64,000 bases of DNA, taken from IMG/VR virus record IMGVR_UViG_3300022561_000003. One strand, 5' to 3'. The position numbers were made by a program, and so were the translations under genes. This document shows, piece after piece, positions 29,101 through 39,791 of this stretch. Source of the DNA: a virus. The notes beneath the pieces were generated by a model. It was given only the letters and a program-made list of their open reading frames with translations. It had not been told where the DNA came from and ran no database searches. Each line of letters opens with the position of its first letter. The first letter of the stretch is position 1.

Positions 29101-31221
29101 TCTGCATGTTTTTCTAGGATTGTGTTGATTGAGGATACGATAGGAGTAGTTGTTTCCATTGCTTTAGTTACTGTGGTCATTACGTCTGCTAGGGTTTTAG
29201 CTTTTATTGTAGCTTTTTCAGTTGCTATTCCCATAGTGCTTAATGTTTCTGCTAGAATTTTACTAAACAATTCATATTCTGTTGTTGGCATTGAGTTCTT
29301 TTGACTCGCTAACAAAGAAGACAGAGCTACTTTTTGCTTATCAATTTCTCCTGGAGTATGACTGGTTTTTTTATTAAACTCGTCCACTGATTTTGAAAAT
29401 TGTTTAAATATATCTTCCTTGCCTAACTCCACTAGCGAATCTGAATAACTAATAATTTTATCTTTATTAATTCCTCCGGACTCTCCCATTTTATCAAAAG
29501 AATTTATTATATTTGTTGCTACAGTTCCAGTAATTCCTGCTGCAACTACTCCATCTTCTGCTAATTTTTTAAACCATGCAGAGTAAACAGCAACAATTTC
29601 TTTCGATTTTGTCATACTATTATAAGCTGTATCTCTTGTTTTATTAGCCTCTGAAATTACAAAACTATCTATTGATGCTAAATCTTCTTTTGTAAGCTCA
29701 GCTTGAACACCCATACCTGCAAGAAATTCTGCTTTTTTAGAAGCATATGCCTTTTCATAATCTACTCCCTTACCTTTTGAAACTTCTGAAGCACTATCAT
29801 AAATGTCTTCTTGCTTTGTAATATTTCCTTTCGATTTATCATAATTGCCTGCTGCATCGTCAATTGATTTCTTTGTAGCTGCTTTATCTAATTCAGCATT
29901 ATTTTTCTTCATTGCTGAGGTTTGTTCCTCTATAGATAAAGTTTGATCTCTTATAATAGAAGAAGAATCAGGTAATAGTTTGTTTAATTGTTTTACAACT
30001 TCTCCATAACGTTTGGTTTCTTCAGCAGTAAGACTAGTTTTCTTAGCTAATTCTTCATGCTCTGTTATTAAACCATCTATTGAACTAGTTTTATTATTTA
30101 TAGTATCTAAGGCAGATTGCATATCTTGAACTGCATTCTTTTGTGCTTGAACCATTTTTATTATTGCGGTAATTCCAACCGTTAGAATAAGAACTCCTGC
30201 TAACATTGCAGCTTTCATAACCCATGCACCAGCGGTTACAGCTTTCTGAGAAGCGTTAAGAGCTTCATTACTAGCGGTTTGTCCTGCTGTACTTGCAGTA
30301 GAAACATTTAAACTTGCGCTTGTTTGAGCTATTACTATATTGTATTGTTCTTGTGTGATAATTTTCTGTTTTAATAAACCATCTGCTTGTGCTTGTGTTA
30401 TTGTTCCAGCAGCAACTTGTCCTTGTACTCCAGCTTCATATATTGAACGTCTTCTTAATGCTAGGTTATATTCTTCTTGTGTTATTATCCCTGATGCTAA
30501 TTGTCCTTGCAATTCTTTTTCTGAAAACATACGTTGTAATAATTCAGCCTTTCTACCTTGTGCAGATAAAGTACCAGCAGTAACTTGTGCATTCAAACTG
30601 CTTTCTAATGCAATTCCTCTTGCAAGGCTACTCTGAAGTCCAGTTTGTGCAGCACTTAAAACGTTAGTACTAGTAGAAGCAAGTCCAAGTTTAGTCCCAA
30701 CTACTTGTAATATACCAGCAGATTCTGTTGCGGTTATATTTCCTGCTGCAACTTGAGCCGATAAACTTGCAGATGCTACTTGATAAGCCTTTGCTGCGGT
30801 TGTAGATTTTTGGTATCCTCCAGTAAGAGCAGATAATCCATTAATTCCTGTTTTATCTAGGAATTGTGTGAAATTTAATCCTGTAAATATTTTAGATGCT
30901 GAAGAAAATGACTTCATTACAACTCCAACTTCAAGTAGTGTAAATAACCATTTTTTCATTCCTGGATCTGCTTTAGAAAGAGCTTGTGCAATTGATGTTG
31001 CTCCATTTGCTACGCCTTTCAAAGTTGTCATAAGTCCTGCCTCACCGACGCTAATATAAAGTTCTTTGATTGAAGATTTAAAAACCTCAACTTGTTTAGA
31101 AAATGTTTGCATAGCCTTCACGTTTTCCTTTGCAGAGTAACCTACTGAGTCTGCACTTTCTTTTGCTATTGCATCTATTTCTCCCCAGCCCTTGGCCAAA
31201 ATCGAGATGTCGTTCTTTCTC
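26112..31221 (-). CDS. Tape measure protein exon 2, with lytic transglycosylase (SLT) domain
   Basis: Frame stays open upstream of the track's TTG (..RKNDISILAKGW); SLT motif GIDPNLIAGIIQTESSFNP...GATGLGQF. Confidence 0.88.
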
Positions 31222-31626
31222 CATGCTTGATGTTCATATGAAATCGCTAGTTTTCATACAGTTCTCATGTAATAAATTACAATGAACTTCTCATACTTTT
31301 ATATGAGAACAGACTATATCACAATCCTATTTATTAGATAGGATTCTCCCCATTTCCCTACGCTTGTAGGTACGAGATTTCTCTCTAGTCGTTGAAGTTT
31401 ACTCTGTTCGAGTCTTACTTGCTGATTACCCATTGTTTAGTAGCACTTAGGATTTAACCATATGCCATTCTGATTATTTTTTCTACTTTCATCACCATCA
31501 CGCTTAGACATATTTCATTCTTACGTTGTGGTTAATCAGACTTTAGGGACTTCCAGCAGTTAAAGGAGTTTTGATAGGTTAAACTATCGGTCTATACTTT
31601 TTACAAATATAGGGAGCTTTAAGGTT
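31222..31626 (-). mobile_element. Group I intron (IA2-like, no ORF), about 405 nt
   Basis: P1 GGAGU/GCUCC with U.G pair; P4 UGCUGG (in 31541-31561)/UCAGCA (31420-31427); P7 UUCAACGACUA (31386-31396)/GAUAUAGUC (31312-31320); P7.1, P7.2, P8 and P9 hairpins. The 3' splice G is uncertain (31222 is in frame; 31226 and 31219 are alternatives). Confidence 0.88.
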
Positions 31627-33356
31627 ACTCCACCCATTGCATCTAGAATATCATTTGAAGATTTTGTTCCTTCTCCAAACTTATCTAATGCTATGTTTGT
31701 ACTTGTCATTATGTCTTTAAATGTGTTGAAATGTTCAGCATCTTTCATAACTGTAATTCCATAACTTTCCAATACACTGATTGTTTCAGGTCTTAAAAGT
31801 CTAGTTTCCATAGTTTTGATAGCATTTCCAATTTCAGAACCACTTTTTTGTGTCGCCTCACCGATCACCACAGTAATTGCGTTCAAATTATTAAGGTCAA
31901 TTCCTAGGTTTTTTGAGCTCGACCCAGCTCTTTGCATTGCCTCTGCCATGTCATTTGATTTTACTGCATATTTATCACCTAGTTTATTCCATCCATCTAT
32001 AATCTTTTCTGAGTCTTGAAAACTCATGCCTAGCTGCTTGACGGCCGAAACTAAGTAGCCGGTCATTTCTGTTGCTGAGGCTATTTCTGTAGTATTCAAA
32101 CCTAACATAACTGACTTTGACATACCCGTTAAATCTGACTTGCTACTTATTCCTGCACGAGCTAACTCTGTCATAGCAGTTTGGACTTCTTGCAATGGTT
32201 GACCAAAGTCTTTAGAATATGCCACAGCTTGTTTTCCATATTCTTTTAAATCATTATTTGTCACATTTTCAAGGGTTCTGGACAAATTATTAAGCGAAAC
32301 TTCGTACGAGGAATTTGTCGTAATTAGTTCTTTTATAGAACTTGTTAATAAATATATATTTGCTGCGGCGAAGGCGTAGGCTCCGGAAATTTTTGCACGA
32401 TCCATAAGGCTGTTGTTTATGTTTCCTGAACCCATCGCTAATTGAGATTCCCCAGATATTTTAGATAATTCTTTACTCATTTTATCGTATTCTTGGCTAC
32501 TTGCTTTTTCTTGAGTGTAAAGTTTTAGTGCGGATAATGCTTGTTTTTCATTTGCTGCTATAATTTTAGCCGTTACATCCTGCCTAGATTTAACCTCTTG
32601 GTCAATAGCCAATTGAACTCTTTTAGCCTCATCTGTATATTTCTTGGCTTGTGAGGTGGCTTGCATTCTAGCAGTACCTTCTAATCCTAACGAGGATATT
32701 AATGCTGTTGATTTACTTGCAAGAGCATTTAAGTCAGATATTCTAGCTTTCTCTGATGAGTTTAAAGTTAAATAAGATTGATTAATTCCGTCTAATTGAG
32801 ATTTATATCCAGCATTATACAAAGTTGTATTTTGCCCAGCATTTTTCTTTTGTGCTTCAGACTGTCTATTTATAGAGTTGGCCAAAGCATCTAAATCTTT
32901 TGCCTGTTGTTTATAATCAGTTGTATTAGCTGTAGTTGTTACAGTATTGCCTGTTTTATTATTAGTGGTATTATTAGTAGTTAATTTTTTACCTGCTGCA
33001 TTAACGGATTCTACCATCTTTACAGTTTTGTCTATTGCATTTGCAGTATCGGTTATAGTTTTAGTAGTTGTCTTTGTGATTTCTGAACTTACTTTCATAA
33101 GAGCTGCCGTTAAATTCTTTACAAAGTCATCTATTTTAGTCGTAGTTATATTTGTATTACCCATACTATCTAATTCTTTTTTAATTAATTTCAATGTATT
33201 TATTGCAGTGGTAGCTTGTTTAGTAGTAATAATATCAACATTAATCTTTGACATATCAATAGTTTGTAATATTTTATTAGCGTCATTAATATTTTTTTTG
33301 AGAGTGGAAAGTCCTAATTGGAGCTCTCCGACCAATTTTCCCTGTCCTATTGCCAT
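31627..33356 (-). CDS. Tape measure protein exon 1 (TP901-type core)
   Basis: AMTELARAG...AMQRAGS...GSEIGNAIKTMETRL; the track's ORF runs on into the intron after DAMGG. Confidence 0.9.
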
Positions 33357-33385
33357 TTATTTATCTACTCCTTTCAATTTAAAAT

Positions 33386-33411
33386 AAAAAGAGTAGATGA
33401 TTCCTACTCTT
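33386..33411 (-). terminator. Terminator-like hairpin just upstream of the TMP RBS
   Basis: AAGAGTAG...CTACTCTT plus T-tract on the minus strand. Confidence 0.6.
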
Positions 33412-34744
33412 AACTTACTAAGTTATTATTTAGTTGTTGTTTGTAATTTTGTTTGAATTCTTCAAATTGTTCTGGGGTATTTTTCCCATATCCATATTCT
33501 AAATGAAATCTATCATGCACCTCGTTGGACAAACAAACGCCCAATCCATATTTAGCATGCAATTTAGTACAAGTATCTACTAATAAAGCACTTTCTATTT
33601 CAGTATACATATTCATTTCAGTATATATTGGTAAATTGGTTATACTAAGTGTTTCTTGAATTATTTTATCAAATCCATATAAATGATGGACTACATTAAA
33701 TCTACTACCACTTAAAATACATTTATAGTAACTCTCTTTAATGGAGTCTTTTTTCCATTGTAATATATTTGAACGCAGATATTGAGAAAGAGTGCTTACT
33801 CCACCATTCCATCTACAATTACCTTCTCCAATTTTACTCTCCGTAGAACATATGGGGCATCTAAAGTCTCGATGTTTTGAACCGTTAGTGCTTCTTTCAA
33901 AATCATCATGTTTTCCATCTGGACATTTAAACCAACAAATTTCAGTTGAGCTTGGAGAAACATCATGCGCAGATTTTTTATTCTTATCCGAATATATATA
34001 TGATAAATTTATTTCTTTAAGTAAACTACCTAAGCTATCTCCTTCATTAAATACATTATGGCTACAACAAGGACATCTTGTTCCGTTTTTAAAATTCCAC
34101 CAAGCAACGATATAATCCTCGTGATAATCTTTGTTTTGGCATTTAATCCATATCTTTTTATCTGAACCTAAACTTATTTTCCAAGGATTTAATGTATTTT
34201 TATCTGACCAATATTTATCTAAAAAATCTTCTCCTAAATTGTCTATGCTCCATTGAGCAAGACTATCTTTGGGATGAACCTGTTTACCTGCACAGAAGGG
34301 GCATCTACAACCTTTTGAAAAATGACGAGGTTCTATTTTATAACTATCATGATAAGAGTTGTCTTGGCAAAATATAAAAACATCTTTTGTTGACATCACA
34401 GTGATATTCCATGGATTATTTCCTAACTCATTATTTTTATCCCAATCCCAATACTTTTCTAAAAAATCTTTATTTATGTTGTCTATATTATATTGTGCAA
34501 ATGAATCTCTTGGATGAACTTTTTGTCCAACACAACATGGACATCTTTTACCTTCTGAAAAGTGGCTACAACTGATTTCATAGCTTTCATGATAATCTGT
34601 TTCTAAGCATTTTATCCATACTTTTTTATGTGCTCCCTTAGTATACTCACTCCAATGTTTTTCATTCTTTTCATAATCCCAATAGGGTTCTATCACTTTC
34701 CAAAATTCCTCGTTTGTCTTGCATACAATTCGTTCTTTTAACAT
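33410..34744 (-). CDS. Treble-clef zinc-ribbon repeats plus HNH endonuclease (true start MLKERI at 34744)
   Basis: Repeated W.C..H...G.RCP.C units; CILSG..VVHHL...VHDRFH; AGGAG RBS before 34744. Confidence 0.8.
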   Translation of the reverse strand: MLKERIVCKTNEEFWKVIEPYWDYEKNEKHWSEYTKGAHKKVWIKCLETDYHESYEISCSHFSEGKRCPCCVGQKVHPRDSFAQYNIDNINKDFLEKYWDWDKNNELGNNPWNITVMSTKDVFIFCQDNSYHDSYKIEPRHFSKGCRCPFCAGKQVHPKDSLAQWSIDNLGEDFLDKYWSDKNTLNPWKISLGSDKKIWIKCQNKDYHEDYIVAWWNFKNGTRCPCCSHNVFNEGDSLGSLLKEINLSYIYSDKNKKSAHDVSPSSTEICWFKCPDGKHDDFERSTNGSKHRDFRCPICSTESKIGEGNCRWNGGVSTLSQYLRSNILQWKKDSIKESYYKCILSGSRFNVVHHLYGFDKIIQETLSITNLPIYTEMNMYTEIESALLVDTCTKLHAKYGLGVCLSNEVHDRFHLEYGYGKNTPEQFEEFKQNYKQQLNNNLVS

Positions 34745-34929
34745 ATTATATTTCACTCCTAGTTTTATATTTTCACTCGAAATTAAATAAGGTGGCAAGA
34801 TAAGCGAGTGAAAACTTATCATTCCAAAAGGTTTATAACTCCTCCTGTTGCCACTTTTTATAATAATATTAAATTATTATTTAGTTGTTAAAACTTGTAT
34901 CAATTGCATAAATAGTCTTCCTTACCTAA

Positions 34930-34958
34930 ATTATACCAAGTTATTATTTAATTGTCAA
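34930..34958 (-). promoter_or_regulatory. Consensus sigmaA promoter with embedded 17-bp motif
   Basis: TTGACA-ATTAAATAATAACTTGG-TATAAT. Confidence 0.8.
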
Positions 34959-35013
34959 TATTTATTTACATAAAAATAGAGCAGACTATTAAAATCTGTT
35001 CTATTATATATTC

Positions 35014-35415
35014 TTATTTATAATAATTTAAAAGTATTTGTATATTATTTTTTAAATTTATTTTGTTCTCTGGAGTAGGTTTATCACATTCAATTATTAA
35101 ATCTCCGTTTACTTTTGATGATTTACTTAATAAAAGTTTTTCTGTTTCAGTGAGAGGGGAGGAGTTATCATTTTTCAAATCTGATTTAAGTAATGAATCT
35201 AAGTCAGTTATTATTAATGGTTCCTTTTGATTATATAATTCAGTGTATTTTGTTACTATTAATTTAAGTTTATTATCAAATTCAGTATTTACATCTTTCT
35301 TATATTCATCTTTTAATTCTAATGTACTAGGAATTTTTAATCCATCCGACTTAGCACATCCGAACATCATTATCGTCAACATCATAATTCCTATAACAAC
35401 TATTACCTTTCGCAT
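35014..35415 (-). CDS. Lipoprotein moron
   Basis: MRK + hydrophobic stretch + FGC lipobox; own promoter-like TATAAT upstream and terminator (about 34975-35006) downstream. Confidence 0.75.
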   Translation of the reverse strand: MRKVIVVIGIMMLTIMMFGCAKSDGLKIPSTLELKDEYKKDVNTEFDNKLKLIVTKYTELYNQKEPLIITDLDSLLKSDLKNDNSSPLTETEKLLLSKSSKVNGDLIIECDKPTPENKINLKNNIQILLNYYK

Positions 35416-35601
35416 ATATTGTAATCCTCCATTTATTATTTATTTAATATAATATGATTATACACCAAATTTTGTGAATTATACAATATATGAGAAAAAT
35501 AATAAGTAGTGTTAATAATAAAACAGCGATTTTATAAGATAGGTCTAAAAAAAATAGAGGAACACCGAAGATTTAATTTCGTATGCTCCTCTATTGGTGT
35601 T

Positions 35602-35934
35602 TTATTTTTTCTTTTCATTATCCTGTGATAATGCTATCATCATATCTTTTGTAACTCTTGGCAGATTAGATTTAACTCTACCTTTAGAATCTACTTCTTT
35701 ATGATTTAGTGGATTTATCTCCTTAAGCATTTTTGACGCATCAGTTGCATATGAGTTTCCAATTATACCCTTATATGATTCAAAAGCAATATGTATATCT
35801 ATTTCTTTTATACAATCTTGAAAATCTATATAAGCAAATTCTCGGACTTCTTCTGGTGTTTTTTTATAATGAAGACCTACTAAAAATACTCCCCTCCTTA
35901 GAGTTATTCCTGTATTGGAGGTTGATTGTTTTTT
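35602..35934 (-). CDS. Tail assembly chaperone, -1 frameshift extension (G-T fusion about 212 aa)
   Basis: No own start codon; open in the -1 frame from slippery A AAA AAC (35934-35928) to TAA at 35604-35602. Confidence 0.8.
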   Translation of the reverse strand, partial: KKQSTSNTGITLRRGVFLVGLHYKKTPEEVREFAYIDFQDCIKEIDIHIAFESYKGIIGNSYATDASKMLKEINPLNHKEVDSKGRVKSNLPRVTKDMMIALSQDNEKKK

Positions 35935-36239
35935 ATTTCAAAATTATCCTTCAATTCATTAAGACGTTTTGTTATTTCTAATATTCTAGTCATATCTTTT
36001 GCTAATAGTTCCGGTAAAACTTCCGTTGCTATTTCTTCAGAATCAAAAGATGCTATTAAGAAATCGGTAGCTATTTGGGGGCCATCGCCACATCCCATTA
36101 ATTTTACAAAACCATTTTCCTTAACATTTATATACTGACCATAAAATCCAGTAAGCATATATTTTACTTTTATGGGACAAATACAGTAAACTCTTCCATT
36201 TGAAAGTTCTATTTGATTTTCTGTTAATTTATTTGCCAT
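35904..36239 (-). CDS. Tail assembly chaperone (gpG-like)
   Basis: Between tail tube and TMP; contains the slippery heptamer. Confidence 0.8.
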   Translation of the reverse strand: MANKLTENQIELSNGRVYCICPIKVKYMLTGFYGQYINVKENGFVKLMGCGDGPQIATDFLIASFDSEEIATEVLPELLAKDMTRILEITKRLNELKDNFEIKNNQPPIQE

Positions 36240-36292
36240 TATCCTTATCTCCTTTATAATTTATTATTTATGTAAATAAAAAGAAGCCATGG

Positions 36293-37711
36293 TTAAATAG
36301 CTTCTTGTAAAACCAAATTATTATTTAATTGTTGTTTTAATATTTGTTCAATTTTATTATCTATTAATAATTTATATGTTTCCCTTTTATTATCTGCTTT
36401 ATAAGATATTTCTAAATAATTATATCCTTTAGATTTAGAATATATCCGTTTATATCTATCTTTTAATTTTGTATAATGTAACTCTTGCTTTGGTGTAGTG
36501 TTTTTAGTTTTTGCTTGCATTATATGATACCCATTTATTCTATAATGTTGCTGTCCCATTACTTCACATAAAAGTTTTAACTCTAATACTTCATTATCAA
36601 AAGGCAAGGTATTATTAGTGCCCTTTCTTTTAGGATTTATAGGAACAATAGTACACCTATGTTCATGCAATATTGTATAATCAAATGTATTTAAATATAG
36701 TCGCACCTTTTCTTGAAGAAGACTTTCATTTCGTTCTTGTGTACATTCTGGACATCGGAAATCACATTTATTAGCATCATATATTTTCGTGAAATGTTCC
36801 CCATGTTTTCCGCAAGGGCACTTCCAATAAATTTTATTATTATTCATTGGTGAATATTCATATGGTGATTTCTTATTTCTATCTGACCATAATTCTAATA
36901 CTTGAGGAAATAAAGTCCCAAGTGAATCTAAAATATGCAAATGACCAACTTTATGTGAACAACCGGGACATCGACATCCTTTATTAAATATACAAGGGGA
37001 AGATTTATAATCATCATGATAATCCTTATCTTGACATTTAATATATATCGGATTATTTGAACCACAATAATCAATTTCCCAAGGACTGATTGTATTTTTA
37101 ATACTCCAATACTTATCAAGGAAATCTTCACATATATTATCAATTCCCCATTGAGCAAAACTGTTACATGCTTTACAATTCATACTACCTTTATCAAATG
37201 TAAAGCTAGCAATATGTTTCTTTTCACTGGGATGGATACCCATAGGACATTTAAAATAATACTTTTTTGCTGTTCTGCAATTAATTTCACTAATTTTATA
37301 TTTATTAAGTTTTTCATCCCATCTATCAATTAAATCTTTTCTTCCGTTTTCATTGCACCAATCTTCTAGACTCTTGCCACCATTTTCTAATTTGGATTTC
37401 ATTGCTCTTTTACCAGCATATAACTTAGTTGCACAAACATTACAATAATAGGTATTGTCTTTGTGGACTTGCTTTGTATAATCACTCCATGCTATATTTT
37501 TAAGAATATCTCCGCATCCATCACATTTTACGTTAACTTTTACACCGGATGCCTTAGATAAATCTTTTATATTCACCATTAATGTTGTCCCTTTAGGACA
37601 AACTAATTTTCCTTTAGAACCCACTATTTTATTTATTCTATATCCTAGATTTTCATAATACTCAACATTTCTAGGACTTATATTTATTTCAACGTGCTCT
37701 GTTATTATCAT
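36293..37711 (-). CDS. Zinc-ribbon repeat / PD-(D/E)XK-type putative endonuclease
   Basis: CDGCG, RCPGC, RCPEC; LPFDNEV..LLCEVMGQQHY...D..K. Confidence 0.72.
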   Translation of the reverse strand: MIITEHVEINISPRNVEYYENLGYRINKIVGSKGKLVCPKGTTLMVNIKDLSKASGVKVNVKCDGCGDILKNIAWSDYTKQVHKDNTYYCNVCATKLYAGKRAMKSKLENGGKSLEDWCNENGRKDLIDRWDEKLNKYKISEINCRTAKKYYFKCPMGIHPSEKKHIASFTFDKGSMNCKACNSFAQWGIDNICEDFLDKYWSIKNTISPWEIDYCGSNNPIYIKCQDKDYHDDYKSSPCIFNKGCRCPGCSHKVGHLHILDSLGTLFPQVLELWSDRNKKSPYEYSPMNNNKIYWKCPCGKHGEHFTKIYDANKCDFRCPECTQERNESLLQEKVRLYLNTFDYTILHEHRCTIVPINPKRKGTNNTLPFDNEVLELKLLCEVMGQQHYRINGYHIMQAKTKNTTPKQELHYTKLKDRYKRIYSKSKGYNYLEISYKADNKRETYKLLIDNKIEQILKQQLNNNLVLQEAI

Positions 37712-37835
37712 CTATTATTCCTCCTACAGAATATTATTATTTAATTGTCCTAATTATTTAAAAAGGAGAAATTGGCTTAGGATTGCCAACTTATCAATAA
37801 GGTCTATAAGTTCCTTATTTATCTCCCTTATATAT

Positions 37836-37864
37836 ATTATACTAAATATGGTTATATGTGTCAA
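37836..37864 (-). promoter_or_regulatory. Consensus sigmaA promoter
   Basis: TTGACA-CATATAACCATATTTAG-TATAAT, driving a structured leader and the 36293 gene. Confidence 0.8.
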
Positions 37865-37893
37865 GTATTTTGAAAATTATTATTCAGTTGTAA

Positions 37894-38655
37894 TTAAGCT
37901 GTTAAATATTTAAATTCCCACATTTTACCATCTGGACGTCTAGGATCTAGACCTTTTAGGGAAATCTCATTATTCGAAAGTGACTTATAACTCCCTCCTA
38001 GCTTGGATGTTTGAAGTATTTTTGCCTTGAAAATTTCAATCTGCCCATATCCTTCTACTATTGAATCTGTAGAGTCAGCCCCAGAATAAATTGGGAAGGT
38101 CATTACCACAGCGCCGGCACCTGGGAAGTCTGTAGTCTTAACTGAAAGGATAGGAGCACTAGCTATTGCTACTGAATATGAAGGGTAAACTGTTTTGCCA
38201 GCATCTCCAACTACAAACTGAACCTCTGTGGAACTTGCAGAAACAGTTGTTTTAAATTCATTAGTTAAAGGTGCTGTTGTTTTTTCAACATATCCATTAA
38301 TTCTAACCGAATTCACTTGGCATACGTAAGGAATAGTTATTTTGCCTGCAACATCAATAAGATATGGATCTCCGAAGTATTTGAAATTAGTTGCTCCAGT
38401 TGATAATGTACCACCACTGGAAAGAGCTTGTGCATTGATGTCATATTGTGTATCTGATATTTTAATTTCTAGTGTCTTTTTTTTGTCGATTTCCGCAAGA
38501 GAATAGAATGACCAACCTCCGTCTATGGTAAGAGAATCTCCTCCAAATGAAACTTCAGCCGAAGATCCAGTTACCATATGGTAATCTCCCTTAGCAGTTG
38601 TAACTAAAACCTTAGGTACATCTATGATGAAACCCTGGATTGATTTATTTGCCAT
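37894..38655 (-). CDS. Major tail tube protein
   Basis: Position, beta-rich, C-terminal LDPRRPDGKM as in SPbeta-like tail tubes. Confidence 0.75.
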   Translation of the reverse strand: MANKSIQGFIIDVPKVLVTTAKGDYHMVTGSSAEVSFGGDSLTIDGGWSFYSLAEIDKKKTLEIKISDTQYDINAQALSSGGTLSTGATNFKYFGDPYLIDVAGKITIPYVCQVNSVRINGYVEKTTAPLTNEFKTTVSASSTEVQFVVGDAGKTVYPSYSVAIASAPILSVKTTDFPGAGAVVMTFPIYSGADSTDSIVEGYGQIEIFKAKILQTSKLGGSYKSLSNNEISLKGLDPRRPDGKMWEFKYLTA

Positions 38656-38730
38656 TGTTAAATTCCTCCTAAAATTATATTATTTCTATTTTTATATAAA
38701 ATAAAAAGACTATCTCTAGTCTCTATTTTT

Positions 38731-39183
38731 TTAACTGTAAACTCTTTTGTAACTAAACATTACATATGCTCGTTTATACCCTACAACAGAAGATGTTAAT
38801 TCATTACTTGCCTCTAAACTAAATCTTCTATCATTTATCAATTGTCTATTAAACATTTTAATCAATTTATCTATAATCTGATTAGTTCTTCTTTCAAAAT
38901 TACCTAATCTGTCTTGCTCATTTGGAACAAAAACTTCAATGATTATGTTATTCTCTTTGACTAGAAAGTTATTTGTAGAATTCATAGGTGCACTCTTAAT
39001 CAAAAGCCTGCACGTATTTGGCACAACCACAACATCTGATATGAATGCCTCTACAAAATATTTAATCCTAAGTTCTGCAAGATTCGTAAATACTCCTGAA
39101 GGTACAAGCATCAAAGTTTTCAATTCATTGTCATTTAATAACAGTTTCATAAAAGCACCATAGTCGGATGCAATTCCACCCAT
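38731..39183 (-). CDS. Tail terminator / completion protein
   Basis: Position and size. Confidence 0.55.
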   Translation of the reverse strand: MGGIASDYGAFMKLLLNDNELKTLMLVPSGVFTNLAELRIKYFVEAFISDVVVVPNTCRLLIKSAPMNSTNNFLVKENNIIIEVFVPNEQDRLGNFERRTNQIIDKLIKMFNRQLINDRRFSLEASNELTSSVVGYKRAYVMFSYKRVYS

Positions 39184-39191
39184 ATAATCAC

Positions 39192-39791
39192 CTACTTTAC
39201 TATTAAATAATTACTAAAATCAATTTTTGAGATAGCATTATCTATCCCTCTGTTAAAATATGTTTCTGCCATAATTGCTGAGTTGCCGAATATATTTGTC
39301 CAATACAAACTTGGATCTTGTGACATAAAATCCATACTAGTTCTGCTTGTAGCTTTAGATTCAGCCCATGTGCCACTGAGAGGATCAAAAACTTCTTCCC
39401 CGGGTAATGTGTACATAGAACTTCCATTTCGACTATCATGATAATATTCACTAGATATAAATTCACCATACCAAGGGTTAGCAGCACTATTCATTAGATT
39501 TCCAGTACCAAATTCCAAACTTAAAGCTTGTGCCATAAGTCCTTCATCGTCCTGTTGTAATATACCTATTTCTCTAACAAGTTGCCCTGCGGATGCTACA
39601 GACCTGAATTTTAATGCTTCTATGACGTTTAATTTCCACTCTTCCATTTCTTTATTGTTGGAGTTTATATGAGTTTGAGATAATTCGCCAATCATAAATT
39701 CAATTAAAACTTTTGCCACAATATCGAGTTCAATATTTAACTGTTTGATAATATCATTTATTAATCTCTTTTCGTCAAACATTAGTTTCAA
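39192..39791 (-). CDS. Neck / tail completion protein
   Basis: LEFGTG motif; position. Confidence 0.55.
   Translation of the reverse strand: MKLMFDEKRLINDIIKQLNIELDIVAKVLIEFMIGELSQTHINSNNKEMEEWKLNVIEALKFRSVASAGQLVREIGILQQDDEGLMAQALSLEFGTGNLMNSAANPWYGEFISSEYYHDSRNGSSMYTLPGEEVFDPLSGTWAESKATSRTSMDFMSQDPSLYWTNIFGNSAIMAETYFNRGIDNAISKIDFSNYLIVK

Noticed and set aside
31200-31626. TMP break as a pseudogene, sequencing frameshift or intein
   Set aside because: The gap contains stop codons and a full group I intron core; no intein motifs are present.
34745-34822. 26-aa N-terminal extension given by the ORF track for the HNH gene
   Set aside because: It spans the structured leader; the SD sits before ATG at 34744.
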